A DNA stretch of 64,000 bases from Blepharisma stoltei ATCC 30299 (Eukaryota > Protista > Ciliophora). Shown here piece after piece: positions 44,407-55,055 of the stretch; position 1 is the stretch's first letter; every line of letters starts with the position of its first letter. The DNA lies in contig CBFDEM010000032.1 in the NCBI GenBank assembly GCA_965603825.1, positions 771,078 to 835,077 on the forward strand, read 5' to 3'. The notes below the pieces were generated by a model. The model was not told the DNA's origin and made no database searches. It saw only the letters and a list, made by a program, of their open reading frames with translations. The position numbers were made by a program, and so were the translations under genes.

Positions 44407-46269
44407 TTAATTTCCTTTTAATTCTTGCTTCAGCTTATTATTTTCTTCCCTCAAAGCTTTTAGGTTCTCCATATGCATTCGCTTAAATGCAGCTTCTCTT
44501 TCCCTCAGCTTCCTGACTTCTTCTTGGAAATTCCTTGCAATCTTATCTCCATTGCCTTTTCCTTTCAACAAATAAAGCTCAGTCGACAAATCTTTAATTG
44601 ATTTTTCCAATGCGTCTTTTTCACGAGACGACTTTACCAATGAGTGTGATAGACTGACCATGTCTTTTTCCAGTCTTTCTTCTTGTTTTTTAGACTCATC
44701 AAGCTTTTTTTGATAATTTTTTTCCATTTTCACTAATTTTGCTTCATAATGAGCAATAATTTGCTCATTGTTTAACTGAGTGCTACGGAATTCAAATTCT
44801 TGGCTTATATCTATGTTTTCAGGGATATTCAGCAGATGCTTAAGTCTATTAGTTTTCATGACTGGCTGAATCAGCTCTGGAAATGCATTTTTGGGAAGAA
44901 CATTTCCATATCTTTCCAAAAATTCTTCTCTTTGAGTTTGGTCCTCAATTAGAGTTTTGCATAGCTGGTAGTATAAGTTTAGCGCATTCTGCGACCTCAT
45001 TGTAGAGTTTCTGACTTCTCGTTTGGCAGCTGCACAGGCTTCTTCTAGCTGTGACGGGACTTTTAAAAATTCGCTTTGTTTTAACAAATTTTCATATTTT
45101 TCATTAAGTTTAAGCAGCTTGTCCTTGACTCTGTATTTCAGCTTGTGGGCAGACTCTACAATCATCCTGACAACTTTTACGCCATAAAGCTGCCCAATCC
45201 TTTTTACATTAACCTGCATATCTTTTTCTAAAGGAATTACATCATTTAAGCATCTTTGTAGCTGCACAAGACTTTCATTATACGAATTTACCTCATTTTC
45301 CATCATCAGCAGCTGATTAGCCAGTTCCCTCTTTGGCGTATGGTTTACATCTACTACCTTTTCTAGCTTGTCACGAAAATCCATATATAGCCTGCAGGCA
45401 AAAAGTCCTTCAATAAAAAGGCCTTCTCTTGACTCAAACCCACTGCTCTTATAAGTCTCAAAAAAAGTGTCAGCTGTAAACTTGACCTTTTCAATTGATT
45501 CTGATGCATCTCTAATATTTTCCTTTATCGGCTTCAAAATGCTTCCATTTAAATCGTCTACTTTCGTCACAAAATTATTGACCCTCATCTGCAAATCTCT
45601 ATTAAACCTCTTAAACTTCCCTTCTTGCAGCAGCGAATCTATAGGGTCTCCATATCTCTGCAGCTGGTTTGGGTTGAATTGGCTTGCCATTATAGTTACG
45701 TTTTTTTGCAGTTCTAGAGCTTTTGACGATAAATTTTTCCATTGATGCTTGATTTCTTTATAATAAAGCTGCAAATTCTTCAGCAAAACATCAGAGGCTT
45801 CTAGCCTAATTTCTAGCATCTGCTTGGTTTCGTTAAGATACTCTAATAGCACCACATATTTCGCATAAAATTCTCTGGCGTTTTGGGAGAGCTTAAATAA
45901 AGAATTCTCTATTATAGGGATTTTTTCATAGCCGGAAGGAAAGTCATCATATTCGGAAAATGGAAATGGCTCGTGGTAGTAGTCAATTGGGTACCGGTTA
46001 AACGAGCTAAAATCTTTTCGTTCTACACAAATTTCTAGATTTATTTTGTCTTTGCGAAACAGATATAAATTAGCTAAAGAGTTTTCAGGGATCTGCTGCG
46101 ACAAGGGTGCATTTTCGTTGATCACGATCCCATTTGTGTTGAAAATTATAAGCAGACTTCGATTGATGCTGGTCCTTGAGGACACAATGTCAAAAACTTG
46201 AGAAATTGGGGTTGATATTGATAAATTGGCTATTAAGCAGCCTTCATCGACACTTATTATGCTCGCCAT
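44407..46269 (-). CDS. ATG11/RB1CC1(FIP200)-like autophagy scaffold, 620 aa
   Basis: N-terminal ubiquitin-like segment ending 'LYLFRK', helical ATG17-like region ending 'REEFLERYGNVLPKNAFPEL', then coiled coil. Confidence 0.65.
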   Translation of the reverse strand: MASIISVDEGCLIANLSISTPISQVFDIVSSRTSINRSLLIIFNTNGIVINENAPLSQQIPENSLANLYLFRKDKINLEICVERKDFSSFNRYPIDYYHEPFPFSEYDDFPSGYEKIPIIENSLFKLSQNAREFYAKYVVLLEYLNETKQMLEIRLEASDVLLKNLQLYYKEIKHQWKNLSSKALELQKNVTIMASQFNPNQLQRYGDPIDSLLQEGKFKRFNRDLQMRVNNFVTKVDDLNGSILKPIKENIRDASESIEKVKFTADTFFETYKSSGFESREGLFIEGLFACRLYMDFRDKLEKVVDVNHTPKRELANQLLMMENEVNSYNESLVQLQRCLNDVIPLEKDMQVNVKRIGQLYGVKVVRMIVESAHKLKYRVKDKLLKLNEKYENLLKQSEFLKVPSQLEEACAAAKREVRNSTMRSQNALNLYYQLCKTLIEDQTQREEFLERYGNVLPKNAFPELIQPVMKTNRLKHLLNIPENIDISQEFEFRSTQLNNEQIIAHYEAKLVKMEKNYQKKLDESKKQEERLEKDMVSLSHSLVKSSREKDALEKSIKDLSTELYLLKGKGNGDKIARNFQEEVRKLREREAAFKRMHMENLKALREENNKLKQELKGN

Positions 46270-46309
46270 TTATTAGAAGTATGATCATTCTTAAAGTTTA
46301 TTTATGTGT

Positions 46310-47176
46310 TTAGGCTTCAGCTTTTATTTCTCCGCCGTTGATCTGATGTGGAATCTTTATATTGCTAAAAGCTTGCTTGCTCCATTCCAAAAGAGTTTTA
46401 GGGTTTCCAAAGTCCACCAAGTCTTTGACTGTAATAACTCCGTCTTGGTCGTAGTCCAGCTTATTCCATACTTTGCCGTCTAAATATATCACAATGGACT
46501 CTCCTCCAACTGAGCTCAGCATTTTGTCGAACATGCTTCTGACGTTCTGTGGCCACTGTTTTTCCAATATGTCTTCTTTTTTGAGATCTTTGATTTCGTC
46601 ATAGTAATCTATTGCGGTTTCCAGCTTCTCGTTGAGGCCTAATGCGTGATCTAGTTTCCCATAAAGCTTTGTGTTGGCTATATATTCTCTTCGGCTGTCC
46701 AAAAATTCGACAACTCTAAGGCCCATTTCCCTTTGGATTTGCCACATGGAAGTTAAAGCTCTGGTGCTCATGTCAATAGGGACTCGGTAAATTTGTTCAA
46801 TGTGGTATTTCTCGAAGACTGTGGAGCTCCATATATAGAGATCGTCAGCTCCTGAGAGGATTAAGACACTGGTGGACTCTGCCATTTGGCGTGCTTTCTT
46901 AACCCATCCTTCTGGCAAAGGCCTTTTTTCAAGGGTTTTTTGGCCTTGTTGGATCACTGAGTCGACTGCTAGGTCTAGTTTTTCTATTAGAGGAGTGCTG
47001 TATTGGGTCAGCTTAGAGCTGAAAGGAGAAATGATAGGGGAAATCTTGTCAATGCTGTATTCGACCATTGGGAATCTTGATTTAGTTTTGGTGTACCAGG
47101 AACTTGCGTTTGTGAGAATTCTGTTGAAATATTTTCCACTGGATTCGCTTTGAATTTGATCGGACTCGTTGCTCAT
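46310..47176 (-). CDS. Helical protein with perilipin/PAT-like N-terminus and C-terminal EF hand, 288 aa
   Basis: 'SWYTKTKSRFPMVEY...TPLIEKLD' is PAT-like; EF hand 'LDYDQDGVITVKDL'. Confidence 0.65.
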   Translation of the reverse strand: MSNESDQIQSESSGKYFNRILTNASSWYTKTKSRFPMVEYSIDKISPIISPFSSKLTQYSTPLIEKLDLAVDSVIQQGQKTLEKRPLPEGWVKKARQMAESTSVLILSGADDLYIWSSTVFEKYHIEQIYRVPIDMSTRALTSMWQIQREMGLRVVEFLDSRREYIANTKLYGKLDHALGLNEKLETAIDYYDEIKDLKKEDILEKQWPQNVRSMFDKMLSSVGGESIVIYLDGKVWNKLDYDQDGVITVKDLVDFGNPKTLLEWSKQAFSNIKIPHQINGGEIKAEA

Positions 47177-47724
47177 TTTATATATAGCTATTATTTTATA
47201 TTCTAATATGCATGATTTTTATCATTAGTGACGCAATTTTGTAAATGACGTAAACAAATGAAATATGGCATTAGGGCCTAAAATGACAAGTTTTCAAGAT
47301 TTATTATTAAACAAATCTGAATTTCTTAGAATAGGCAAGGAAATCCTTAGAGAAAAATATTAAGCTCAATAATTAGGCAAGTCCCTTTATAAGAAAACCA
47401 AAAATTAGAAAAGTAAAAAATCTTAAGGAACTTAAGGCAAATTTTATTTATGACGATGAATAATCTCTTTTTTATTTTGTGGGTTTTTATTTTGATTACC
47501 CTAATCCTGCATTGGCTTAATTTTTTTTTGTCTCTCCATTAATCAAACTACAGTTTTGTTTTTAATTTAATGTATTTTGTAATTTTAGTTAGCAAGAAGT
47601 CACAATATCAAACATAAAGCTAAATATATAGTAATACTTAGAGAAAATTCTCTAGATTTTTTAAAACAAGAGAGTAAATTTATTTGCCATAGAATCATAA
47701 AGTAATTTGAATAGTAAAATTAAT

Positions 47725-48165
47725 TTATAAGTCTATCGAGTTGTCACTTCCAGAGTCATTTTCCAGCTGCTTATCAATTTCTTCGAAATCAAACTTACCC
47801 GCGACTTCGCCTTTGCTGTTCCCCCAATTTCGGTTGTTCTGCTTGTTAGCTTCTTTTCCTATATTCCCATCCATTCTTGCTCCTTCTACCATATCCCTCA
47901 ATTTTGAAGCTCTGGACGACCTAGAATCTCTGCTTTGTTTGCTTTTTATCAATTCAATGATTTTTAGAACTTGCCCTGCATCAATTTGAGTGAGATATCC
48001 AGGATGGTCAAGGTTAAGTTTATGATATATCTTTTCAGTTGTCAATGCCAAATCCTGCTTTGTTAAGTTGAAGTCATGGTAAAAAGGCTCCTTCCCATTT
48101 GAATAAATCAAGCAAAGCTGGGGAGGGTCATATTTCACTGCAAGCTGCAAAGGTTGAATATTCAT
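47725..48165 (-). CDS. CEP19: CEP19-like centriolar protein, 146 aa
   Basis: 'PLQLAVKYDPPQLCLIY...L...HPGYL.QI...QV..II' parallels the CEP19 N-terminus (K.GI.F.PP.IILIY...H..YL.QV..QL). Confidence 0.6.
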   Translation of the reverse strand: MNIQPLQLAVKYDPPQLCLIYSNGKEPFYHDFNLTKQDLALTTEKIYHKLNLDHPGYLTQIDAGQVLKIIELIKSKQSRDSRSSRASKLRDMVEGARMDGNIGKEANKQNNRNWGNSKGEVAGKFDFEEIDKQLENDSGSDNSIDL

Positions 48166-48189
48166 TTAATATTTATATATATTTAAATA

Positions 48190-48837
48190 ATGCTTAACAA
48201 TGGACAACTCATAGAATCCATCATTTCCCATCCAAATTTCCCCAAAATTCGTGCAAGACTAAGAGCTAATATTTACCATGTCCTCGCAGCCCGTGATCCT
48301 ATGCAAACTACCAATGTTTTCGCTAAAAATTTTTCCTCAAGTGAAGAAGGGCAGATTATTATAGCTTTATTTAAAGATTATTTAGAATGCGCAGACTTAT
48401 ACAACACTTTAGAAGTTTTTATGCCAGAAAGCGGGAATATGAATATTTTGCCTTCAAGAGACCAATTAAAAGCTTTATTAGGAATTGAGCTACAGCCAGG
48501 AATCCCAATACTTGTAACAGTGATAGAAAACATTGCAAATAAAAAACGTGCAAAAATGCCTTCTCTACAAATCCCGAGTTTTAAAGGGAAAAATGAGACA
48601 ATTACGCAGAAATTCGGGATTGGGGAGTTTGACCGTAAGGCTGCGCAGAAAAATCCTAAAGATGTTTTGGAATTGGAAGAGTCATCAGATTCAGGGGTTG
48701 AAGAAGAGCAGCTTGATTTTAGACAACTGTTGAGGATTCCGAGGAGAAATGATAAAATAATTGATGAAAAAGAAGAGCTTGAAGAAGAAGATGAAGAGGA
48801 AGACTATAGGCCGCCTGTGAGGAAAAAATCATTGTAA
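48190..48837 (+). CDS. FOP/FGFR1OP(CEP43)-TON1-FOR20 family LisH protein, 215 aa
   Basis: 'KIRARLRANIYHVL...EEGQIIIALFKDYLE...LYNTLEVFMPESG...R..L...LGI......PIL' is the TOF/LisH signature. Confidence 0.8.
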   Translation: MLNNGQLIESIISHPNFPKIRARLRANIYHVLAARDPMQTTNVFAKNFSSSEEGQIIIALFKDYLECADLYNTLEVFMPESGNMNILPSRDQLKALLGIELQPGIPILVTVIENIANKKRAKMPSLQIPSFKGKNETITQKFGIGEFDRKAAQKNPKDVLELEESSDSGVEEEQLDFRQLLRIPRRNDKIIDEKEELEEEDEEEDYRPPVRKKSL

Positions 48838-48862
48838 ATGATATTTAAACGAGTTAATAAAA

Positions 48863-51424
48863 ATGGAATCTTATGAAAATAATAGTGATCTTGAAGAAAT
48901 TCAAGAGTATGGAAATAAAGAAAAAGAAAACTATGAAAGCGACTTTGAGGAAGATCTTGATGAATCTTTTCCTAAGACAAATTCAAAAACCCCAGATCCA
49001 CTGCATCAAGTTGTCAAAAGCAATCAATACATCCCTTACAAAGAAGCAGAGGATACTTCTTCAATAGCTCCATCAATAATGGACACTCCTCTTCGAGCTC
49101 AAAAATACCTATCACGCCTCAACAAAGAAAACATTGAATTGCGATCTCAGCTGAAAAACTTAAATCGCAAACTTAATGAAGTCCTCGAAATCTCCAAAAA
49201 AAAGCCCAGGGCAAGATCAACAAGTGTGAATCGAGAACATGTAAGGCACGAGCAATTAAACATAAAAGACAAACAAGTAAAAATCTACGAAAACGAATGG
49301 AAGAAACTGAAAAGCCGTCTCGAGAAAATTCAAGGCACAGATTATACAAAACAATTGAAAGACGAAATCAGCCAAAAAGAAACACAAATCAAAGAGCTCG
49401 AAAAGAAAGTCAAATCAATGAAATTAAAGCAAAACGACAGAGGCAAGCATCTGAATAAATTGGAAGACGATTTGCCTGACCACGTAAAGTCAGCAAATGA
49501 AGCCTCTAGTGAGAAAAATAGGCTAACTGAATTAGTCAGAGACTTAGAGCAGAAGCTTGAAAAGAGCCATGAAGAGTATGAGCATTGGTATGAAAAAGAA
49601 ATTGATTTAAATGAAAAATTAGAAAAGTTGAATGAAATTGCTGGGCAGTATGACTTTAAGCCAGTTTCTAAAAAAGGTAAAGAAATTTGTATACTGTATG
49701 AAGAACTATCAAAAAGCTACCAAAAATCGTTAAAAATCTATGAAAATACTATAAATCAGCTGAAATTCCAAGAGCGGGATTTAAAGCAGCAATATGACTC
49801 AAATGATCTTGAGCTGAGTCAAGCAAATAAAAAAATAAAGTGAAAACAAGAGGAACTTGCAAAAATTCAAGATGAGCTAAATAAAGTGATGGAAAGTGGA
49901 TCAAGCATACAGTCTTTAGATAGACTGATTTCATTAGCTAACCATAAGCGAACAAGCAGATCAGGCTCAGAAATAAGCACGCCAAGATATATGAACTCAG
50001 CTGAGTCAAGGAGAAGAATCAATGTAATAGCTGAAGTCGAAGAGTCTTTAGCAGAAAGCAAGTCAGCGACTAGAGACCTTTCTTCAAAAGACCTTGGCAG
50101 AAGAGGGCTCTCTTCAAGAGAAATCAGAGAACAAGCCAAAATTGATTTAGAAAGTGAAAACCCCCGAAAATCTTTATTAAAAAAACAGCTTATTGAAAGT
50201 CTGCCTCCTAAGCCACCTTCAAGAGAAATAAAGCCGCCTTCTAGAGAAATAAAGCCTCAGCCAAACATAGAAGAGTCATTAAAGCCTTCATTTTCTAAGC
50301 CAAAATTTAACTTTAAAACAGCTATTGAGGAAAATATAGAAACCAATGACTCAAAAACTGAAAGAAAGCAGCCTGACATCATAACCCAAGAAAAAATCGC
50401 TGAAGAAAAAATGAAGAAAGGAATGACAATGGATAGGGTTGATGGTTTATTAGGAATTGTAAAAGAAAAAGAGGCTTTGGAGCCAAAAATTAATGATACT
50501 CCTTTGGTTAATTTTAAAAGCCCTGAAGTCTTACCAAAGTCTAATATTTTTGAAGAGCTTGAGGCAGGCAGTAAGAAAGATTCTGCTTTAAAATCAATTT
50601 TTGGAGAAGAAAAAGAGAAAAAGCCAAATGATTTGTTTTTCAGTCGAAATATAGAAAATAAGCCTGAAATCAGCCCTCAAAGACCTGCTGAAAATGATTT
50701 ATTTACACAAGTTAACTCAGGTTTGAATTTTGGGACTAAAATGGGTAGAGATCGGTCACATTTATTCCAAGAAAAGGTTGCAGATCCTTTTAATATTAAG
50801 CCTGTAGAGCCGGAGCTTTTCTTTAATGAGCTAGCTCAAAAAGAATTGTTCTTTACTAATGACACTACTGCAAATCCTAACAGTGAAGAGTCACTGCTAC
50901 CTATTAAATCCAAAGCAGGAAGAGACAGGTCTCATCTTGTGTCGAATAAAAAGGAGCCTGGATTTTTAGAAGATTTAAATAAAAACTCTGGCTTTGTTAA
51001 TTATTCTGATAGAAACCCTCAAGATTTTTCAGCCTTTCGCAACCAAGCAGAAATCAATCCTACAAATGATAGAAATAAAGCTAGAAAAATTACAGTTGGA
51101 AATAGTGGTGACGAGCTTAAAAAATTAGCTGAAAAAGCAGAAAAACAAGAATTTTTCCAAGGATTATTTGGAGAAAATGATAACGTAAAAATAGACACTA
51201 CAAAAATCCAGTCAAAGCTGCTTCCAACTTCATTTGAGAAAAAAATAAATAATAACTTGCCAGTATCTCAACCTTTGGAATCAAAAGTCAATATACTAAA
51301 TATTGACGAAAAAGAAAAGCCTTCAATGATTAATCTCAATCCCAGTATAGGCGCAAAAGCTCAGGCTCAGCCACCCAAAAAACCTGTTGCCTTTGATTTA
51401 ATTGAAGAAGATCTCATATTGTAG
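48863..51424 (+). CDS. Coiled-coil + disordered hypothetical protein, ~853 aa
   Basis: Two ORFs joined at TGA 49841; TAG stop; contains a short 21-bp repeat (KPPSREI x2, about 50210-50255). Confidence 0.75.
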
Positions 51425-51525
51425 TTAATAATTTTAAATTTATTTTATAACAACTAAAAATCAGTCAAATTAATTATTCTTATTTAGAAAATTAATTTCC
51501 ATTAGTAAAAATTTAATTAAGTAAA

Positions 51526-52230
51526 TTATTTAGACTTTGTTTGATTTATCAATATATCTCTCGGCACCAAAAGTCTTGAATTGCATACTTGGCACGTATT
51601 AGAAAATGAGCAATACAACGCTAAACAGCATGAACACACATAAGCTTTTTCTACTTCTCTACTGCAGCACGTACAATACGGCCTCAAATGCAAAAATGTT
51701 GAAGATGTCGGCCTACGAGTAGGCAGAAACACTTGAAGCAAAATTTGTAAAATTCCTGTAGAATGGTGTCTAATATAAATTCCCCCAGTAAATGTAGCTG
51801 TTTGACTTAAGACTGAGCAGTCACTAAAGGCAATGCCATCTATAATAACTTTTAAGCTTTGAGCAGCTACCATGACACTTAAAGCTGCATTTTGTTCATT
51901 TTGAATGCTATGTTTTTGGATGATCAGGATTCTTGCATTAATCTTCCTGGAGTTTATATAGCACAAGGCCTGAGCTGCCCCTTTTCAGACTCCTCCACTT
52001 ACGTAGACTTCGTCTTCAGATATTGAGTTATAGGCAGTTTGGCCTGCACAGATAAAAATTTTCAGTGTGTTTTCGGAGTTTTGGAGTTTTAAAGCATTTT
52101 TAAAGCCTTGGAGTGCTGTTAAAAGGACAGGAAGTGTGATTGACTGTAAGGATGATGAAATCATAGAAGTCGTGGGGGCGTCCCAGTGGCTTTTGATTGC
52201 ATCAAGCACGATAATTAGATTTTGAACCAT
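51526..52230 (-). CDS. TFB4: TFIIH subunit Tfb4/p34 (GTF2H3), ~234 aa
   Basis: vWA-like 'LIIVLDA', 'AQALCYIN...ARILII', 'LSQTATFTGGIY', and C4 finger 'CTCC...YVCSCCLALYC...CQVC'; TGA 51985=Trp. Confidence 0.88.
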
Positions 52231-52433
52231 TTTTAATTCTTAGGAGGATCAGTGATTTTTCATATGTTTTGAGTAAAATAACTCTAAAAGAAATCCATTT
52301 ATATCTGCCAAATGGACCATTGCATTATTCTTTTATGTGAAAACTTCGTTAAAATATCAATTAGAATCATTTCTTATAGCCATAAGATATAAAAATATAT
52401 TCAAATTTTTTTAAGAAATTCAATAAATTATAC

Positions 52434-52820
52434 CTAGCCATTTGATACTTTATGAAATGCCATTGATTTTGGCCTCATAATTCTTTTCGGTTTTGAGTTA
52501 TGTGACGTTGGAATTGGCGGTCTCAATAATTTAGGAGCTGAACTTGATCTTGAAGTTCTCTGTGAGCAATTTTCAAAACTATCACAGCAAGTCGATGCTT
52601 GATTAGAGCACGACCCCGGAGATTGGCTTCTATTTAAATTTTTTTCTTTAAGCACAGGCCTCTCTACCTTTGGTTGGCTTGTCTGAACGCGTACAACAGT
52701 TTTGCTGAACTGAGACATATATTTTCCAAAAGGATTTGTCATGTAAGGGACTTGATAGCTGCTTCGATTAAAAATGCGAGATTTGAAGATATGAGAAGAA
52801 CTATTTTTGAAAGTTGACAT
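52434..52820 (-). CDS. Small basic Ser-rich hypothetical protein, ~128 aa
   Basis: ATG 52820 to TAG 52434; coding-like GC content relative to flanks. Confidence 0.6.
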   Translation of the reverse strand: MSTFKNSSSHIFKSRIFNRSSYQVPYMTNPFGKYMSQFSKTVVRVQTSQPKVERPVLKEKNLNRSQSPGSCSNQASTCCDSFENCSQRTSRSSSAPKLLRPPIPTSHNSKPKRIMRPKSMAFHKVSNG

Positions 52821-53274
52821 TTTTATCAATAATAGCCTTAAGCCTTAATAATCCCGCTTTTACAGTTTTTACTTATTTCTCAAGAATAAAATGGGATTCT
52901 GAAATAAAAGATTTTTAAAATACAGACTTATATTGCTTAAAAATTTAGTTTAAAATAAAATAAATGAGATTTTAAGAGGATTTTTAATAATTTAAGCGAG
53001 AAATCTACTTTTTTAAACTTTAAGATTTTTTTTTATAAAAATATGATTATAGTCTAATATAGCATGCGATAGGATGAGATTGAACAAAGGAAAAAAAATT
53101 AAAATAAAAAGAATTAAAATCCTAGTAATGTAGAAATTAAATAACTTTCTGTTAGGCTAGAAATAATAATCAAAAGTTATGACTGAAGATTAAAAAAAAA
53201 CATTTGCTTCATTAATGCTTTAATCTATTTAATATCCCATTAGCGATTCAAAATTTATAACTTATAATAATTAA

Positions 53275-54207
53275 ATGTCAATCATCATTTCCACCCCAGG
53301 CCAAATAGCAGGTGCTCCTACAAATCGATCTACCGCAAAGCAGCAGTGGTCTTTCTCAAAGGCTGCCCGATTTTCAGCCTTAAAACCTACCGAGTAAGCT
53401 TTACCCAGGGCTCATTTTTATTCAATTCCTCCAGCTTTTGACAAAAGATCAGCATCAATCGGCTACGGCACAAAATCTGATTTTACCAAAGAAAGAGGAC
53501 AAGGAAACCCAGACCCAAGCGCTTATAATTTACCAAGCGACTTTGACAACAAAAAGCCTTTTGGTTTAGCCTACTCGTTTGGTATTTCTCGTGAAGCCTG
53601 TGAAAAAAGGTATGTAGAAGGCCACTTTAAAGCAGACCCTTCAGTTCCTGGTCCAGGAACTTACCCGATTACTTCAAAGATAGGACAGGAAGGAAGGAAA
53701 TTCACATTCAGGCCTCGCACATCAATTCTAGGTAACTGCTAAGCAGATGAAATGTTTAACAGCCGAAAAAGTCCTGGCCCAGGTGCTTATGACCCTAAAA
53801 GTGAGGTTGAAAAAGGCAGATACACTTTAAGCACTTTTAAAAATGCAGGAATTACGACTTTTTCGCCACTGTCATCGCCAAGGTTTCCGAAGGATCAAAA
53901 AAATGGACTGCCTGGTCCTGGTGCTTACTATAATAGTGAGGATTTCTTAAAGTCTGGGTATTATTTGTCGAAATTTCAGTCTCCAGGGAACAGAGCTTTC
54001 CCGATCTCTAATAGAGATTCGTCTCCAACCTCAGGGTTTTGGGACACTCCAGGACCTGGGAGCTATAGGCTTCCAAGTGAATTTGGGTATTATGAAAGCA
54101 AAAATAAAGCGCTAGATAAGAGACCAAATACTCAGTCTATGCCAAATTTGAAATCTCAAAGGACACCTGCATCAAGTCAGAAGCCAAAGCCTGTTACAAG
54201 GAATTAA
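53275..54207 (+). CDS. SHIPPO/STPG (ODF3-like) PGP-repeat axonemal protein, ~300 aa, two 15-nt introns
   Basis: Repeats VPGPGTY, SPGPGAY, LPGPGAY, TPGPGSY; ATG 53275; introns 53394-53408 and 53732-53746 remove in-frame TAA codons. Confidence 0.88.
53394..53408 (+). other. 15-nt intron GTAAGCTTTACCCAG
   Basis: GT-AG ends, A at position 10, removes an in-frame TAA. Confidence 0.85.
53732..53746 (+). other. 15-nt intron GTAACTGCTAAGCAG
   Basis: GT-AG ends, A at position 10, removes an in-frame TAA. Confidence 0.85.
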
Positions 54208-54791
54208 ATAGTGTTTAGATTTTTTATGAATTTGGTATTATGTTTGTTGATAGCAGTTTAGTCTTCTTAAATCTTATATCAAAGCTATTTTAGATTTCAT
54301 AGAAGAGAATAAATCTTGATAAAAATAATTTATGGCAGCTTTTTCAATTTATAAATAGCAATATAGTTATTTTTATATTTGATAGATTTTTGGCTACAAA
54401 GGAAAGATTTGAAAAGATAAGATTATTGCTAATAAAACAATAGCATTAATAATAAATGCTAGGTGTTTAGAAATAGCGATTTTAATTAAAAACTATTTGC
54501 AATATTAGATTATTTATAAATATTTTAAGTTTTCATTAGAAGAGGCAATAGATACCTTATGCTAGGGTATACTTATTCTATGATCGATAATATAATTCAT
54601 ATCATTACCAAATAATATTGAGGCACTTTCAAGAATCTATTAATTATGCAAGCAGTGGAAAATGCTAATTTTAAAAATAAAAATGTTCAGAATTTAAAAG
54701 TCCTTATCTTTACTGAGAACATTGACTTAATAAAAAGCTCTCTTTATATATTTATTTATTACTAGCATTTATAATCTCCTGGAACAAATTA

Positions 54792-54873
54792 TTTATTGAA
54801 TGGTTCTCTAAGAGGATAAATTTGGTAAATTTTTATTGAATAGTTCTCCAAATGGATAAATTTGGTAAATTTT
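54792..54873. repeat. Non-coding 40-bp direct tandem duplication (2 copies)
   Basis: TTTATTGAATGGTTCTCTAAGAGGATAAATTTGGTAAATT followed by TTTATTGAATAGTTCTCCAAATGGATAAATTTGGTAAATT (4 mismatches). Confidence 0.85.
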
Positions 54874-55055
54874 AGTAAAATGATCTCATTAGTTATTCGA
54901 AAAGTTCTTATAAATACGAATGACAATACTTATTACAATAGTCTCCAGTTTAATTATTTTAGATAGCTTTAATTCTAGTTCTAATGTTAAATAATTGAAG
55001 AAAATTAATTCTTTGTTAACCATATTTAGAAAGATAATTCCTAGTAATATATAAG

